DNA of 64,000 nucleotides from an uncultured delta proteobacterium (GCA_963816715.1 CAWFMJ010000015.1:290108-354107), one strand, 5' to 3'. Shown: positions 25,483-35,224, counted from the first letter of the stretch. Notes: generated from the sequence alone by a model not told the origin. Numbers and translations: made by a program.

Positions 25483-26170
25483 ATACTCCGTTGATCTGTG
25501 ACAGGAGGCGTCGAACCGTTTTGTCTCCCGTCCAGCCGAAGTTCAGGCTCCAGTAGCGCCAGTCGGGACCCAGTGCGCTCGCGGTAATATTCCTGACATT
25601 AGGAACGGAATCGCCGCAATCGAAGAGCTGGGGCGACGCAAGTACGTGAATTGATGAACCGACTGTCCGGGGAAAATCAGCAGCGGCCAGAAGCCCTAGG
25701 TCGATCGTCCTGCCGGAGAATCGACCCATCGGAACTTCAAAACCTTTTACTATCGCATAATCATTGCCATCCGTGCCCTTCACCAGTTCGGCCTTATGTC
25801 CGTGCTCGCGAAGCTCGCTCACTAGTTTGTCGGGGCCGTAAGCCGGGCTCGATGAAACAGTCGTAGGCGTGTTGTAGTAGACTATGAACTTCATGCCGTC
25901 TTCCAGACGCACTACCTGATCGAGATCCGTGAGTTTGATAAGTTCGTTTCCCTTCTTTAACACAAGGGTGGTCTGAGCAGGATCCTCCTGAGCGAAGTTT
26001 TCCAGAAGGTTTCTCACGGTTATGTCTCTTGTCTCCGTCTCGAATTTTTCTGCCTTGTCGATGAAAAATGTAACTTCTTCATGCTTGTGGCTCTCGCCTT
26101 GCGTATTCATTGTTCCCTCCTTGAGAACAGGTTTGTCGTGGAAAGGTATAGAATCAAGGACGAGAAACAA
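25469..26170 (-). CDS. Partner protein of the JAB-E1 gene. Its N-terminal ~85 aa look like a beta-grasp/ubiquitin-like domain. Its C-terminal ~140 aa have a His...Cys arrangement, so it is a candidate E2-like domain.
   Basis: The Ubl-like segment is 'VTFFIDKAEKFETETRDITVRNLLENF...LVLKKGNELIKLTDLDQVVRLEDGMKFIVYY'. The possible catalytic region is 'SSIHVLASPQLFDCGDSVPNV' (His then Cys ~10 residues later, as in UBC-like folds). The assignment is tentative. The start may be at the internal Met (MNTQGESH, ~26110). Confidence 0.45.
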   Translation of the reverse strand: MFLVLDSIPFHDKPVLKEGTMNTQGESHKHEEVTFFIDKAEKFETETRDITVRNLLENFAQEDPAQTTLVLKKGNELIKLTDLDQVVRLEDGMKFIVYYNTPTTVSSSPAYGPDKLVSELREHGHKAELVKGTDGNDYAIVKGFEVPMGRFSGRTIDLGLLAAADFPRTVGSSIHVLASPQLFDCGDSVPNVRNITASALGPDWRYWSLNFGWTGDKTVRRLLSQINGVFANA

Positions 26171-26330
26171 GCTAACTCGTGTTTTTCTTCATAGACACCT
26201 CCTTTGCCCCGCCTTGACAAAGGAAGTAAGCCCTGATACTTTTAAAATGTCGGGGCAGTTCCTCTGCGGGCTGGACCCGGTTTCGTCGGGGCTGAGGAAA
26301 CTTTCGAAGGGGACCTCAGCCCCGTTTTTC

Positions 26331-26360
26331 ATTTTAGATGATGTTTAGGATAAAAGTCAA
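26331..26360 (-). promoter_or_regulatory. Sigma70-like promoter on the minus strand (TTGACT-18 nt-TAAAAT) for the Ubl/E2-like and JAB-E1 operon. A perfect 10-bp stem-loop (26292-26330) lies in the leader.
   Basis: The minus strand reads 'cccTTGACTtttatcctaaacatcatcTAAAATg'. The leader hairpin is GGGGCTGAGG...CCTCAGCCCC. Confidence 0.45.
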
Positions 26361-26397
26361 GGGAAACTTATTTATTATAGTAAAGTGAAAATAAATC

Positions 26398-26426
26398 TTG
26401 ACATTACCTGCACTACTTGTTAGATT
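26398..26426 (+). promoter_or_regulatory. Divergent sigma70-like promoter on the plus strand (TTGACA-17 nt-TAGATT). It precedes a ~280-nt non-coding stretch that ends in a terminator-like hairpin.
   Basis: 'TTGACAttacctgcactacttgtTAGATT' read directly. Confidence 0.45.
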
Positions 26427-26677
26427 GTCTGTGAGGCAAGATTGAATATCTCTTTTGGCGGGACTTTGGCTCCCAATGAGACTCGACCGCAAGCACACAC
26501 TTCAACCTGAATGGGTGGCGTGCAACTATCGTGTTAAACGACCACCGCGTAAAGATCAGTGGTGACTACGGGCCGTCCCTTCGGTTGCAGCCGGAAAGGC
26601 ATGCTTAACCTTCAAGGAAAGCGACAATTATAGTCCGGTGTTGGGCCAACAAGCTTTTGTGGGGGCATATGACACGG

Positions 26678-26725
26678 CGGCGAGACATTTCCGATATAAC
26701 CACGGCTGTCTCGGCCGTTTTTTTT
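26678..26725 (+). terminator. Rho-independent terminator-like hairpin (CGGCGAGACA...TGTCTCGGCCG) followed by T8. It abuts the XRE gene start.
   Basis: 'cggcgagacatttccgatataaccacggctgtctcggccgtttttttt'. Confidence 0.5.
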
Positions 26726-26732
26726 GTGCACT

Positions 26733-27056
26733 ATGGAAAAAACGCTTAACAAGCTCATTGGCGACAGAATCAGGAATGCCCGAGCAGACAAGGGCAAGAA
26801 GCAGGCAGACCTGGCAAGCGCGATTGACTCCACTCCCGCTTTAATCTCGAACATCGAAAACGGCCAGCAGAGTATCCATATCGTAGACCTTTATAAGATC
26901 GCGGGCTTATTGGAGAAGCGGGTAGCGGAGCTTCTGCCAACTATAGAGGAAGTCGAAGATGCTACTCCTTCAATAGAGAAGGAAAGAGAGAAACTGGCGC
27001 CTCAGGAAGCAGCTTTTGTTGATGAGCTGCGAAAAAAAATGTCAGAGGGGGAATGA
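26733..27056 (+). CDS. XRE-family helix-turn-helix transcriptional regulator.
   Basis: 'LIGDRIRNARADKGKKQADLASAIDSTPALISNIENGQQSIHIVDLYKIAGLL' is a Cro/C1-type HTH. It overlaps the downstream ImmA-like gene. Confidence 0.75.
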   Translation: MEKTLNKLIGDRIRNARADKGKKQADLASAIDSTPALISNIENGQQSIHIVDLYKIAGLLEKRVAELLPTIEEVEDATPSIEKEREKLAPQEAAFVDELRKKMSEGE

Positions 27057-27610
27057 TGTTAAGAAAAGTCCGTGCAAGAAGGATTGCTCAAGGACTTTTG
27101 GAAGAATTCAAGATGAGCAGACAGGCCCCGATAGACGTCAGAAAAATCGCCGAGGAACTGGTTACAAGAAAGACTGATCAAGTAGGCGTATCGACCCTTT
27201 CAATCGAGAGTAAGGATTTCCCGGACGAATTGCAGGACGTTTCTGCGGTTCTCGTTAAGGAAAAAGGGTCCGCTTTTATTGCTGTGAACGCATCGCATTC
27301 CCTCGTTCGTCAACGGTTCTCGATTGCACACGAACTCGGGCACCTGATTTTGCACGAAGGTGCGGAGTATCTTACGGTTGACCGCTACGAGAAGCAGTTA
27401 TTTACGAGGGCGGAGGGCGTCGGGGGCTTGGACGAGTACGAAGCTAATGAATTTGCGGCAGCGCTCCTTATGCCCGAAAGGGCGATAAGCGAGGCGTTCG
27501 ATCGGCTCTTTGAAGAGCAAGCAGATAACATCATTAGCCAGCTTGCTCAAAAATATGAAGTGAGCGAAGCTGCGCTCAGTTATAGGTTAAGAAACTTGGG
27601 TCTTCTATAG
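27053..27610 (+). CDS. ImmA/IrrE-family zinc metallopeptidase, the partner of the XRE regulator.
   Basis: HExxH is 'FSIAHELGHLILHEG'. The downstream motif 'EYEANEFAAALLMPE' is typical of ImmA/IrrE proteases. There is a 4-nt overlap with the HTH gene. Confidence 0.75.
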   Translation: MMLRKVRARRIAQGLLEEFKMSRQAPIDVRKIAEELVTRKTDQVGVSTLSIESKDFPDELQDVSAVLVKEKGSAFIAVNASHSLVRQRFSIAHELGHLILHEGAEYLTVDRYEKQLFTRAEGVGGLDEYEANEFAAALLMPERAISEAFDRLFEEQADNIISQLAQKYEVSEAALSYRLRNLGLL

Positions 27611-28009
27611 TTTTAGCCCAAGGGGAGGCAATAGGAGGGCGAGGGAGGTTAACGGGGAAGGCCTGAGGGTCAAATCTTTATCCTTTGCTTAAGGCGCCTC
27701 CTCGGCCAGTCCTACCTCTCATTGATTACAATCGATAAGGCAGCCATTGCAAGAAAAACGTACAGCCTCTCCATTTCAGGAACGACACTTTCCAACCGGC
27801 AAGGGTCTGACCGGGACTATGGAAGTACAGCAAGGGCATCAGGAGCGGCAGCGCTGTGGATTGAGGTGCGGATCGCCGAGGAGTGGGAACAAGGGAGGAT
27901 AGAGGGACGGGCGCGAAATTATAACTGGAAAGGGCTAGGGGTCAGCCCTTGACGGCCTGTTGCCCAAACGGTTCTTCTGAAGCGGGCGATAGTTTCCTGC
28001 CGCTTGCGA

Positions 28010-29617
28010 TTACGGCAGGGTCGCCGGACAACCCGACCATATCTCTCCATGAAGAAAGACAAGGTACAATTCGATGCATGCCCGTTTGGCTCTTCCCATC
28101 GTTTCCAGAGGGGCAGTTCTTATCCCCTTCGTCGGTTTGATTGCATGCCGGATCAATGTCTCGATGTTCTGAACGGCCGACACCAGGTACTCCTGGATAG
28201 CCACTCTCCACAGTCCACGCCAGCGAGCCCGATCAAACCCGAAGCGCGCGCTCCGAGCAAAGGAGCGCTCCATAAGCTGTTGACGCGTTTTAAGGTCTCT
28301 TTTTGCCGCACGGGTTTCAGTAAGCGCAAGCATATGGTCAAGCTCTTCCTGTCGAACGTGACGCTGCACCGTTCGCGGTCCTTTTGCCCTGGTGCACTGA
28401 GATCGCAAGGCGCATGCAGCGCAGCCTCTCTTTGATCCCGCATATTCGACGTTCTGCTTGTTTTCGTGGATTGACCTTCTCTTCAGCGTCTTTCCTGCAG
28501 GACAGGTAAAGGCATCGTTCTCCTTATGATAGACAAACTGCTCTTCCGGGAAAATCCCGTCTCGTGAACTCGTGCCGCTCGTGACGGCCTTGACGGCGGG
28601 CGTGTGGGGCTGTATGCCTTTATCGCAGCAAAGCAGAAGGTTTTCTTTTGTGCCGTACTTGCTGTCGGCCACAACAGTTTTTACCGCCGAATCGGCATTC
28701 TTTTCGTGTTCCTCAATGAGAGCGCCCATTTCGCGCCCGTCGTCAACAACGCCGGGGGTCGCCTTCACCGCCGTAATCACTTCATGGAGTCCATCAACCG
28801 CCCGGTGGGTCTTATACCGCAGCTTTGCCTTGCCTCCTGCATGGCGGACGATTGATGCATCGGAATCCGTGGTGGAAACATACCGCGCATTGACCGTAGT
28901 GTTTTTCGGTCGTGCGGTTTTAGGGGCATCTGCGGTCTCCTCGGGGGACTCGGCATTCTCCTCCGCGGCCCCGTCGGCTTTAGGTTGCGAGGTCTCAGCA
29001 GGAGCTTTCGTTGAGCCGGCTTCTTCTTTTGCGGCATCCAATCTTTTTTCCAGCTCCCGATAGCGTCCGTTGAGATATCGTTTGAGAGCGTGGGAATCCA
29101 CGACGGAGTTGTTGGAGGCGTCGGCGTCGATAAGGCTTGAGTCCATGAAGATCTTGCCGCCATCGACCAGCCCTGCTTCAACGCACTGCACCACGATCCG
29201 CTCGAAGAACTGCTTGAAGACTTCCTCGCCCCATCTCTTTCTCGCCTTCGACAGAACGCTGTGATCGGGTACGGACGATTCGATGGTGAGCCCGAGAAAC
29301 CAGAGCCAATCCAATCGCTCGGGAAGAGTCTCCATAAGTTCCCTTTCAGAGCGGACATTGTAGAGTATGAGGAGAAGCATGAGCTTGAGAATGACCGGGG
29401 GAGGAACGGAGACGTTGCCCTTCTCCCCATAAGTTTTCTTGACTTCGTCGTAAATGAAGTCGAAGTCGATCAGTTCCTTGATTTTGCGAAGAGGGTGGTC
29501 CTTGCGGACTCTCGTCTCAAGCTGAACATGGTAAGAAAAGAGGGGGTCGTTAGGCGGGGGGTCGTAACCCATCATGGGCCGCATCTCCTTGTCCTGAGCG
29601 TTCATAAAGCTTACCAT
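28010..29617 (-). mobile_element. IS element transposase gene, an IS5/IS1182-like DDE transposase of ~535 aa. The exact IS boundaries were not resolved.
   Basis: The N-terminal transposase-associated region is 'YHVQLETRVRKDHPLRKIKELIDFDFIYDEVKKTYGEKGNVSVPPPVILKLMLLLILYNVRSERELMETLPERLDWLWFLGL'. The DDE region is 'GKIFMDSSLIDADAS'. The C-terminal cysteine cluster is 'FTCPAGKTL...CAACALRSQCT'. Confidence 0.75.
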
Positions 29618-29785
29618 ACGCTACCGGAGAAGGCCACATAATTGTATGCAATGACGAACACAAACCACGAATTGTCTGTTCTTCTGCTTGCGCCGGAATC
29701 ACGATTTGGGCAACAGGCCGTTGACAGCGGACAACGATCCATGGTGGGTCAGACTCTATCGTCCACCAAGAAGGGAGACCCAATG

Positions 29786-29944
29786 GCCCGTCCCTTAAGA
29801 ATCGAATACGAAGGCGCCTTCTACCACATAACGGCGAGGGGAAACGAGAGAAGGAGGATCTTTCTTTCCAAGGCCGACCATGAGAAGTTCCTTGCCAATC
29901 TCCGCATGTCAGCCGAGCGCTTTTTTGTCGGCCCCGCGAGCTGA
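29786..29944 (+). pseudogene. N-terminal fragment of an IS200-like/REP-associated tyrosine (Y1) transposase. It is truncated after ~53 aa.
   Basis: 'MARPLRIEYEGAFYHITARGNERRRIF' matches the N-terminal signature of Y1 transposases. The ORF ends where the vapC gene begins. Confidence 0.55.
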
Positions 29945-29948
29945 CTTA

Positions 29949-30344
29949 CTACGACAGCGTGATTGCGATTGCCTCGCGAATGTCTTTGAAGTGCTCGTCG
30001 AGGGTGAGAATTGCGCATTGCTGTTCGTGAGCAATGGCGGCAATGTAGCAGTCGGCCAGATTTACCGTCTTTCCCTTCCTTTTGAGCAGGTAAGCCAGTT
30101 TTCCGGCGTTGACCCACGTATGCTCGCCTTGATCTACTATGATGAAGGCGCCGAAAAAGGATTCTATGGTTTTGATCTCCCGTTCGGACTTTGCGCCCTG
30201 GAGGAGTTCGGCGAGAACAATCTTCGGAACGCATATTTCCGCCTCGGTCATCAAGCTTTCGACGCGCTTGCTCAGCTCGACGGAAGTGTTTCTGAAATAG
30301 GCTATCCAGACCGACGTATCTATCAGGACGCGGTCAGCGATCAT
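29949..30344 (-). CDS. vapC: PIN-domain ribonuclease toxin VapC.
   Basis: 'VLIDTSVWIAYF...LTLDEHF' is a PIN fold with conserved acidic residues. It overlaps the upstream antitoxin gene by 11 nt. Confidence 0.8.
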   Translation of the reverse strand: MIADRVLIDTSVWIAYFRNTSVELSKRVESLMTEAEICVPKIVLAELLQGAKSEREIKTIESFFGAFIIVDQGEHTWVNAGKLAYLLKRKGKTVNLADCYIAAIAHEQQCAILTLDEHFKDIREAIAITLS

Positions 30345-30531
30345 AGTGACGCAGCTCCTCAGCGGTAAGATCGAATTCCAGCTTCCCTTTCATGGACTTG
30401 ATCTTTTCCACCCTGCGGCGTCTGAGATAGTCGGAAATGGCTTCCTTTACAGCCGTCGTTTTGTTCTTCGCGTGGGTCTCAGCCAAAAGCTCATCGAGCA
30501 TATTCTTCTCAATAGTTACTGTGCTCCTCAT
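30334..30531 (-). CDS. vapB: VapB-type antitoxin (65 aa).
   Basis: It is a small protein immediately upstream of the PIN toxin and overlapping it, which is typical type II TA architecture. Confidence 0.65.
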   Translation of the reverse strand: MRSTVTIEKNMLDELLAETHAKNKTTAVKEAISDYLRRRRVEKIKSMKGKLEFDLTAEELRHYDR

Positions 30532-30989
30532 TGATCACACTCCTATTGTAAAACTATGCTACATGATAGCACATAAGTCTTGCAGACTGCAATGTTGAAA
30601 TGCTGCATATGCAATAGGAGCGCTATTTTATCCGCTACCTTCCACTGGAGCGCTCCTTACCTCCTGTTCCTGCGTCATCATTACTACTTTCATTCCGGAT
30701 GCACGAGAACAAACATAGAACTGAAGACGATGCACCGGAAGTGCTAATGCCAAGCTGTCGTCGAATTTCGGCATACGAGATGCCCGGTTCTCTTGCCAGA
30801 GTGAAGGCAAGCTCTGATCTGAGAGGCGGGGAAGATGGGGTCAGGCAAAAAAACGTATCGGGCAGCACAAGCTCCTCTCCGTTTCCGGAAATTCGATCCC
30901 CCTGGGTTGAGAAAGAGAAAGACCCCGGATAGGTCGCCGCAAGGCAACCTATCCGGGGCGTCAAGCCGGGGCCGAAGAACCGCCTGTTG

Positions 30990-33041
30990 TTATTCTGTTA
31001 TGTCCGCGGCAGGCTGGCTTGACGAGCCATCTGTGGTAGATGGCAGAACATTCGTCACAGCCCCGGGCACGAGTTTGTGCATCAGGATCGCCGCCAACCC
31101 TTCCAGGACTCCGCCGCCCGAATCGCTGCCGCCAATGACCAGGGTATTGGGCATGAATGGAACGGTGCTCTTTGAGAGAGCCTCGACGGCGTTCACGAGA
31201 GCCGTGGCGCCCTGGCCCAGTGCCGCGACCTGCTTTTGATAGGCCTCAGCCCTGGCCAGACCGATGGCCCTGACTTGAGCGCCCTGAGCGGCGCCGGTCC
31301 GTTCGATGTAGGTGGCCTCGCCGTCGGCTTCGGCTTTGCGGGCTTCGGCGTTATTCTTCTTGATGTCGACACCGACTGCCGACTGAGCAAGTCCCGCCTG
31401 CATGTCGGCGGTTCCTTTGGCCTTCTCGGTCTCGACGCGCTGGTCCTGGGCCTGCCGCTGCATCTTGAAGGTCTCGACTTCCTGATGGGCGACCTCGCGC
31501 TGAGTCAGCACCGTGACCAGCGGCGCCGGGTAAATCACGTCCTGAATATAGACGCCCCGAGTCTCGATTTCGTACTCGGCGAGTTTTTCTTGTATATACT
31601 TCATTGCTTCTTCCTGAACGATCTGGCGCGTCTGGATAAACTTGATGGCTTCCATACCGCCGATCTTGTCGCGGAAGAGGTTGCCGACGGCCGCCTGCAG
31701 GACTTCGTTCACCAGGTTTTCCATGGAGCCGACCATGGAAATAACCCGCGGCGCCCTGGTGTCGGGAACGTGAATGAGCACCTGGAGATCGATGGAAAAG
31801 ACGAAGCCCTCATTGCTTTTGGCAATGATGGGCTCGAGGCGTGCATCGAGGCCATGAGCCCCGGTGACGTCTTTGGCCCAGTCGAGCTTGAGGATGGCCG
31901 TGAGGACCACCTTGGCGTCGTAAATCCGGGGGTTGATCGGGTACTTTCCGGTTCTCAACGCTTCCTGCCAGATGCCCTGATGGCCGGGTCGCACCAAACT
32001 CCCGAACTTGAAGCCCACGCCTGAAATATCCTGAGTCGGCAAACCGACATAGGCTTTGATGACGCCGACCTGGCCCTGTTCGACAACCAGCATCGGGACC
32101 TGTTCGACGCGTACCAGGAATGGATTCAGGTTATAGGCGCCGTAGAGAAGCGGGTCGTGCTGCAGGCCGATCTTCCCGCCGGCTTCCAGGAACTTTTGGA
32201 AATCCTGGTAGTTGTTGTGCAGATCGTTCTTGCTGCCAAGGATTAAGCCCATTAGTTGGAAGTCGGTGACGTCGTCTTTCTTTTCAAGTTCTTTGATGTC
32301 CTCAAACCCTCCGAGCCGACTGGCGATGGCGCCGGCCGGCAGCGGTTCGCCATCGAGCGTCGTGACGATGCCTATCATGTCCAGGACTTTTCCGCCCTCA
32401 GCGGGTTTTGGGGCAATGCGGGTGACCTCCAACTGCATTGCTTCAAGGCCGAAAGCTGCGGCCGTAAGCCCGTCTTTTGCGTCAGCGAGTTTCCTGTATT
32501 CGTCGGAAACCGGCACGCCAAAGATCTGCGGCTTGGTGATGACCAAAAAAGCCACGGGGTGAATCGGCGCCAGCGTTCCCGGAGAGAGAACCGGCCTCTG
32601 CACGCCTTTTTGGCCGCCCTTTTCAATAAAGATCTTGAGATCGGTGAAATTACCGAACTCGGATTTGTAGACGCCCGATTTGGCGCCGATAGGCGTTGGC
32701 TCGCCGACTTGCGCGATGACCACGCCGATTTGGCCCGCCGGCACCTGAACCCACGGATGTTTTGTGACGTCGTAGATGAGGCAGAACTTGAAACGGAGGC
32801 CGGGCATAAGCAACTCGGCCTGGTAACCGGCTTCCCCCACGAAAGCCACGGGGTTGTTGCCGGGCAGCTTCGCTCCAAACCGCTTACGGACCAGTCCGAT
32901 CTGGGTCGGGCCGATGCTGTAGATCGATTTGAAAAACACGACCAGCACGAAAAGCACGATCAAAACGCCCAGCACACCTTCCGGAAACGCATAAGACGTT
33001 GTTTCTATCATTGCTTCGTTCTCCTTTGTGCGGACTTCCAT
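30990..33041 (-). CDS. Flotillin-like SPFH/band-7 family membrane protein (YqiK-type).
   Basis: It has an N-terminal TM helix ('LGVLIVLFVLVVFF'), an SPFH domain ('IGLVRKRFGAKL...'), and a long Ala/Glu/Gln-rich coiled coil ('AEARKAEADGEATYIERTGAAQGAQVRAIGLARAEAYQKQVAALG'). Confidence 0.8.
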   Translation of the reverse strand: MEVRTKENEAMIETTSYAFPEGVLGVLIVLFVLVVFFKSIYSIGPTQIGLVRKRFGAKLPGNNPVAFVGEAGYQAELLMPGLRFKFCLIYDVTKHPWVQVPAGQIGVVIAQVGEPTPIGAKSGVYKSEFGNFTDLKIFIEKGGQKGVQRPVLSPGTLAPIHPVAFLVITKPQIFGVPVSDEYRKLADAKDGLTAAAFGLEAMQLEVTRIAPKPAEGGKVLDMIGIVTTLDGEPLPAGAIASRLGGFEDIKELEKKDDVTDFQLMGLILGSKNDLHNNYQDFQKFLEAGGKIGLQHDPLLYGAYNLNPFLVRVEQVPMLVVEQGQVGVIKAYVGLPTQDISGVGFKFGSLVRPGHQGIWQEALRTGKYPINPRIYDAKVVLTAILKLDWAKDVTGAHGLDARLEPIIAKSNEGFVFSIDLQVLIHVPDTRAPRVISMVGSMENLVNEVLQAAVGNLFRDKIGGMEAIKFIQTRQIVQEEAMKYIQEKLAEYEIETRGVYIQDVIYPAPLVTVLTQREVAHQEVETFKMQRQAQDQRVETEKAKGTADMQAGLAQSAVGVDIKKNNAEARKAEADGEATYIERTGAAQGAQVRAIGLARAEAYQKQVAALGQGATALVNAVEALSKSTVPFMPNTLVIGGSDSGGGVLEGLAAILMHKLVPGAVTNVLPSTTDGSSSQPAADITE

Positions 33042-33556
33042 TTATGGCTGCGGCCTTCACACTTCCTCCTCGCAAGTGTTGGGTAAATGTCCTGATCTCG
33101 GGGCAGACCGCCCGAACAGGGGGTTGAACACGACTCTCCAGGAGAGACTATACCGCTTTCCGCGCACTTTCTCTATCAGTCATGGCGGCGCAGCCGCCGA
33201 CGCCGGAACCGGCAGGGCCTCGCCTGTCCCTCCAAGGGCGCCCACAAGACTCATGTGAACGTAAATGAATGCAAACAAATAACCAATTTTACCGGCAGCA
33301 GAGAGGTGGTCGAGGTATCAAGCTTATCGTCAAACCGGCGCAAACCGCCGGAAAGGGCAACGTGGACAGATCTCCGTGACGGTAGAAGCAGGTTCCTCGG
33401 CTTTGTGAACAACCCCGTTGTACATAGCTGATGAATTCTTTGTTCCCGTAATCAGGTAAAAAGGCATATCGAGCAGTAATTCCGTCGCCGGGCTTGATGC
33501 CCACGGCAGCGGTAATTATAACCATACTGAGGGACAGCAGAGGATGCGAGGAGGTC

Positions 33557-34000
33557 ATGAAAATGGTGAGGAACTTCGACCATTGCACGGTCGTGGTGCG
33601 CGATATTCAAGCGGCAAAAGAATTCTTTGCGCTCCTGGGGTTTCGGGAGGATTATGCAGGCGTCGTATCGGGGGATAAGTTCTCGGCGTATATGGGAGTG
33701 GACGACATCGAGGCGGATCATGTCACGTTAGTTCTTCCGGACTCTTCTCCGCGGCAGGAGATTCAACTGCTCAGATATCACAAGCCCATGCCGGTTGTCG
33801 ATCCCAACATTGAGCGACTCGACAAGGTGGGTTACAACCATCTTTGCTTTGCCGTCGACGACATAGAGCAGGAAGTAAAGCGGCTCAAACGGGAAGGCGT
33901 CAGGTTCTTGAATGAGATCATGGAATTCAGGGGCAGAAAATTGACATTTGTTTCCGGTCCTGAAGGGATCACGCTGGAGTTGTCGGAGAGGCTGAGATGA
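33557..34000 (+). CDS. VOC/glyoxalase-family protein.
   Basis: RBS GAGGAGG. 'FDHCTVVVRDIQAAKEFFALLGF...YNHLCFAVDDIEQEVKRLKREGVRF' is a glyoxalase fold signature. Confidence 0.7.
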   Translation: MKMVRNFDHCTVVVRDIQAAKEFFALLGFREDYAGVVSGDKFSAYMGVDDIEADHVTLVLPDSSPRQEIQLLRYHKPMPVVDPNIERLDKVGYNHLCFAVDDIEQEVKRLKREGVRFLNEIMEFRGRKLTFVSGPEGITLELSERLR

Positions 34001-34299
34001 GGTCGAAGCCTTCCGGCAAAGGGTCAAAGACCGAATTCGAAGCATGAAGAGCGGCCTCAGCGGAAAAGAACCTTCGATGCGGATGTCGTCGATGCCTAGG
34101 TAAATCCATATGCCGGCCAGTGGGCCCGGATCAGTGTTTGAGAAATACTTTGAGGATTCTGGCCAGGAGGGCCATCAAGAATAGAGCCAGCCCTACCTTG
34201 ACCCATATGATCGTCCCGTGCTTCCTTCGTCTTCCTTTCTTCCATCGTTTCATGCCCGCAAACACCTTTCCAGCCCGATTGGGGTCAGAAGACCCCCCT

Positions 34300-35205
34300 C
34301 TACTCGGAGGCAGGCTTTTTTGGCACGGGGCCGGCGAGCCTTCCTGCTTTGAGGAGCGTCCGGAAAAGCTCTTCCACTACCTCATCCTCGTCGCCGTCAA
34401 CGATCCTGCCCTGTCGTTTCTTTACCGACCCCTCTAAGAGCTGCATCCTGCGCTCGTAACCGGGGAGGGAGGAATCCGGCGCGGGAAGGTATTTGGTCTT
34501 AGGAACCGGATCGCGCAAAGGGCCGACGGCGAGGAGGCTGTTCGCCTTTCTGACGAGGGCTGAAGGGATGCCCAGATCGGCAAGATCAAAGCAGGGAACT
34601 GATTGCTCGGTTGTTTCAAGGCGGGCTGCAAAAGAAGCAGGAGGGCGCAACTCCTCGCCCGGCTGAAAGGTGATTACGGCGGGCGTGGAGCACTGAACAC
34701 GCTGGAGCGAGCCGTCGGAAAGCTGCTTCGTCGCGATGAGGGCATCTTGCTCTGAGACTCTCAAAGCGGTTGCAGCCGCGATGCAGGGCACATCGAGCAT
34801 GGAAGCGACGAGGACGCCCAGTTGCCCGGAGCCGGCATCGATGCGGCACACGCCGGCGAGGATGAGGTCGAAGGAAAGAACTTGCGCCAGCCGGGAGAGA
34901 ATAACAGCTTTTGCCCTTGTCTGAAGGTCGCGCGCTTCTTCGTTCCAAATGCGGTAGGCCTCGTCGCACCCGGCGGCAAGTCCCTCCCGGAGAAAAATCT
35001 CGCCCTCGACCGGCCCGAGGTGCGCGAGAACAACCGTGCCCTCGGCCGCCCGTTCCCTGATATCCAGGGCCTGGTCGATGGCCGTCCGGTCCGCGGGGTT
35101 GAGCATCAGGACGTTCCTCTCGTCCTTGAGACGCCCCGTCGATGAATAAAACTCCATCGGGACCTTCACATCGTACGCGCCTTCGATAAAAACAAGTATC
35201 CTCAC
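34300..35205 (-). CDS. etfB: Electron transfer flavoprotein beta subunit (EtfB/FixA).
   Basis: 'MRILVFIEGAYDV...' with typical EtfB length and motifs. It is the last gene of the etfA-fixC-fixX-etfB run. Confidence 0.75.
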   Translation of the reverse strand: MRILVFIEGAYDVKVPMEFYSSTGRLKDERNVLMLNPADRTAIDQALDIRERAAEGTVVLAHLGPVEGEIFLREGLAAGCDEAYRIWNEEARDLQTRAKAVILSRLAQVLSFDLILAGVCRIDAGSGQLGVLVASMLDVPCIAAATALRVSEQDALIATKQLSDGSLQRVQCSTPAVITFQPGEELRPPASFAARLETTEQSVPCFDLADLGIPSALVRKANSLLAVGPLRDPVPKTKYLPAPDSSLPGYERRMQLLEGSVKKRQGRIVDGDEDEVVEELFRTLLKAGRLAGPVPKKPASE

Positions 35206-35224
35206 AAGATTCTCCCGGCCGCCT

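Noticed and set aside
30635-30964. A 109-aa minus-strand ORF between vapB and the flotillin gene.
   Set aside because: It has low-complexity Ser/Gly-rich translation, overlaps other frames, and has no RBS. It is likely intergenic or promoter sequence for vapBC.
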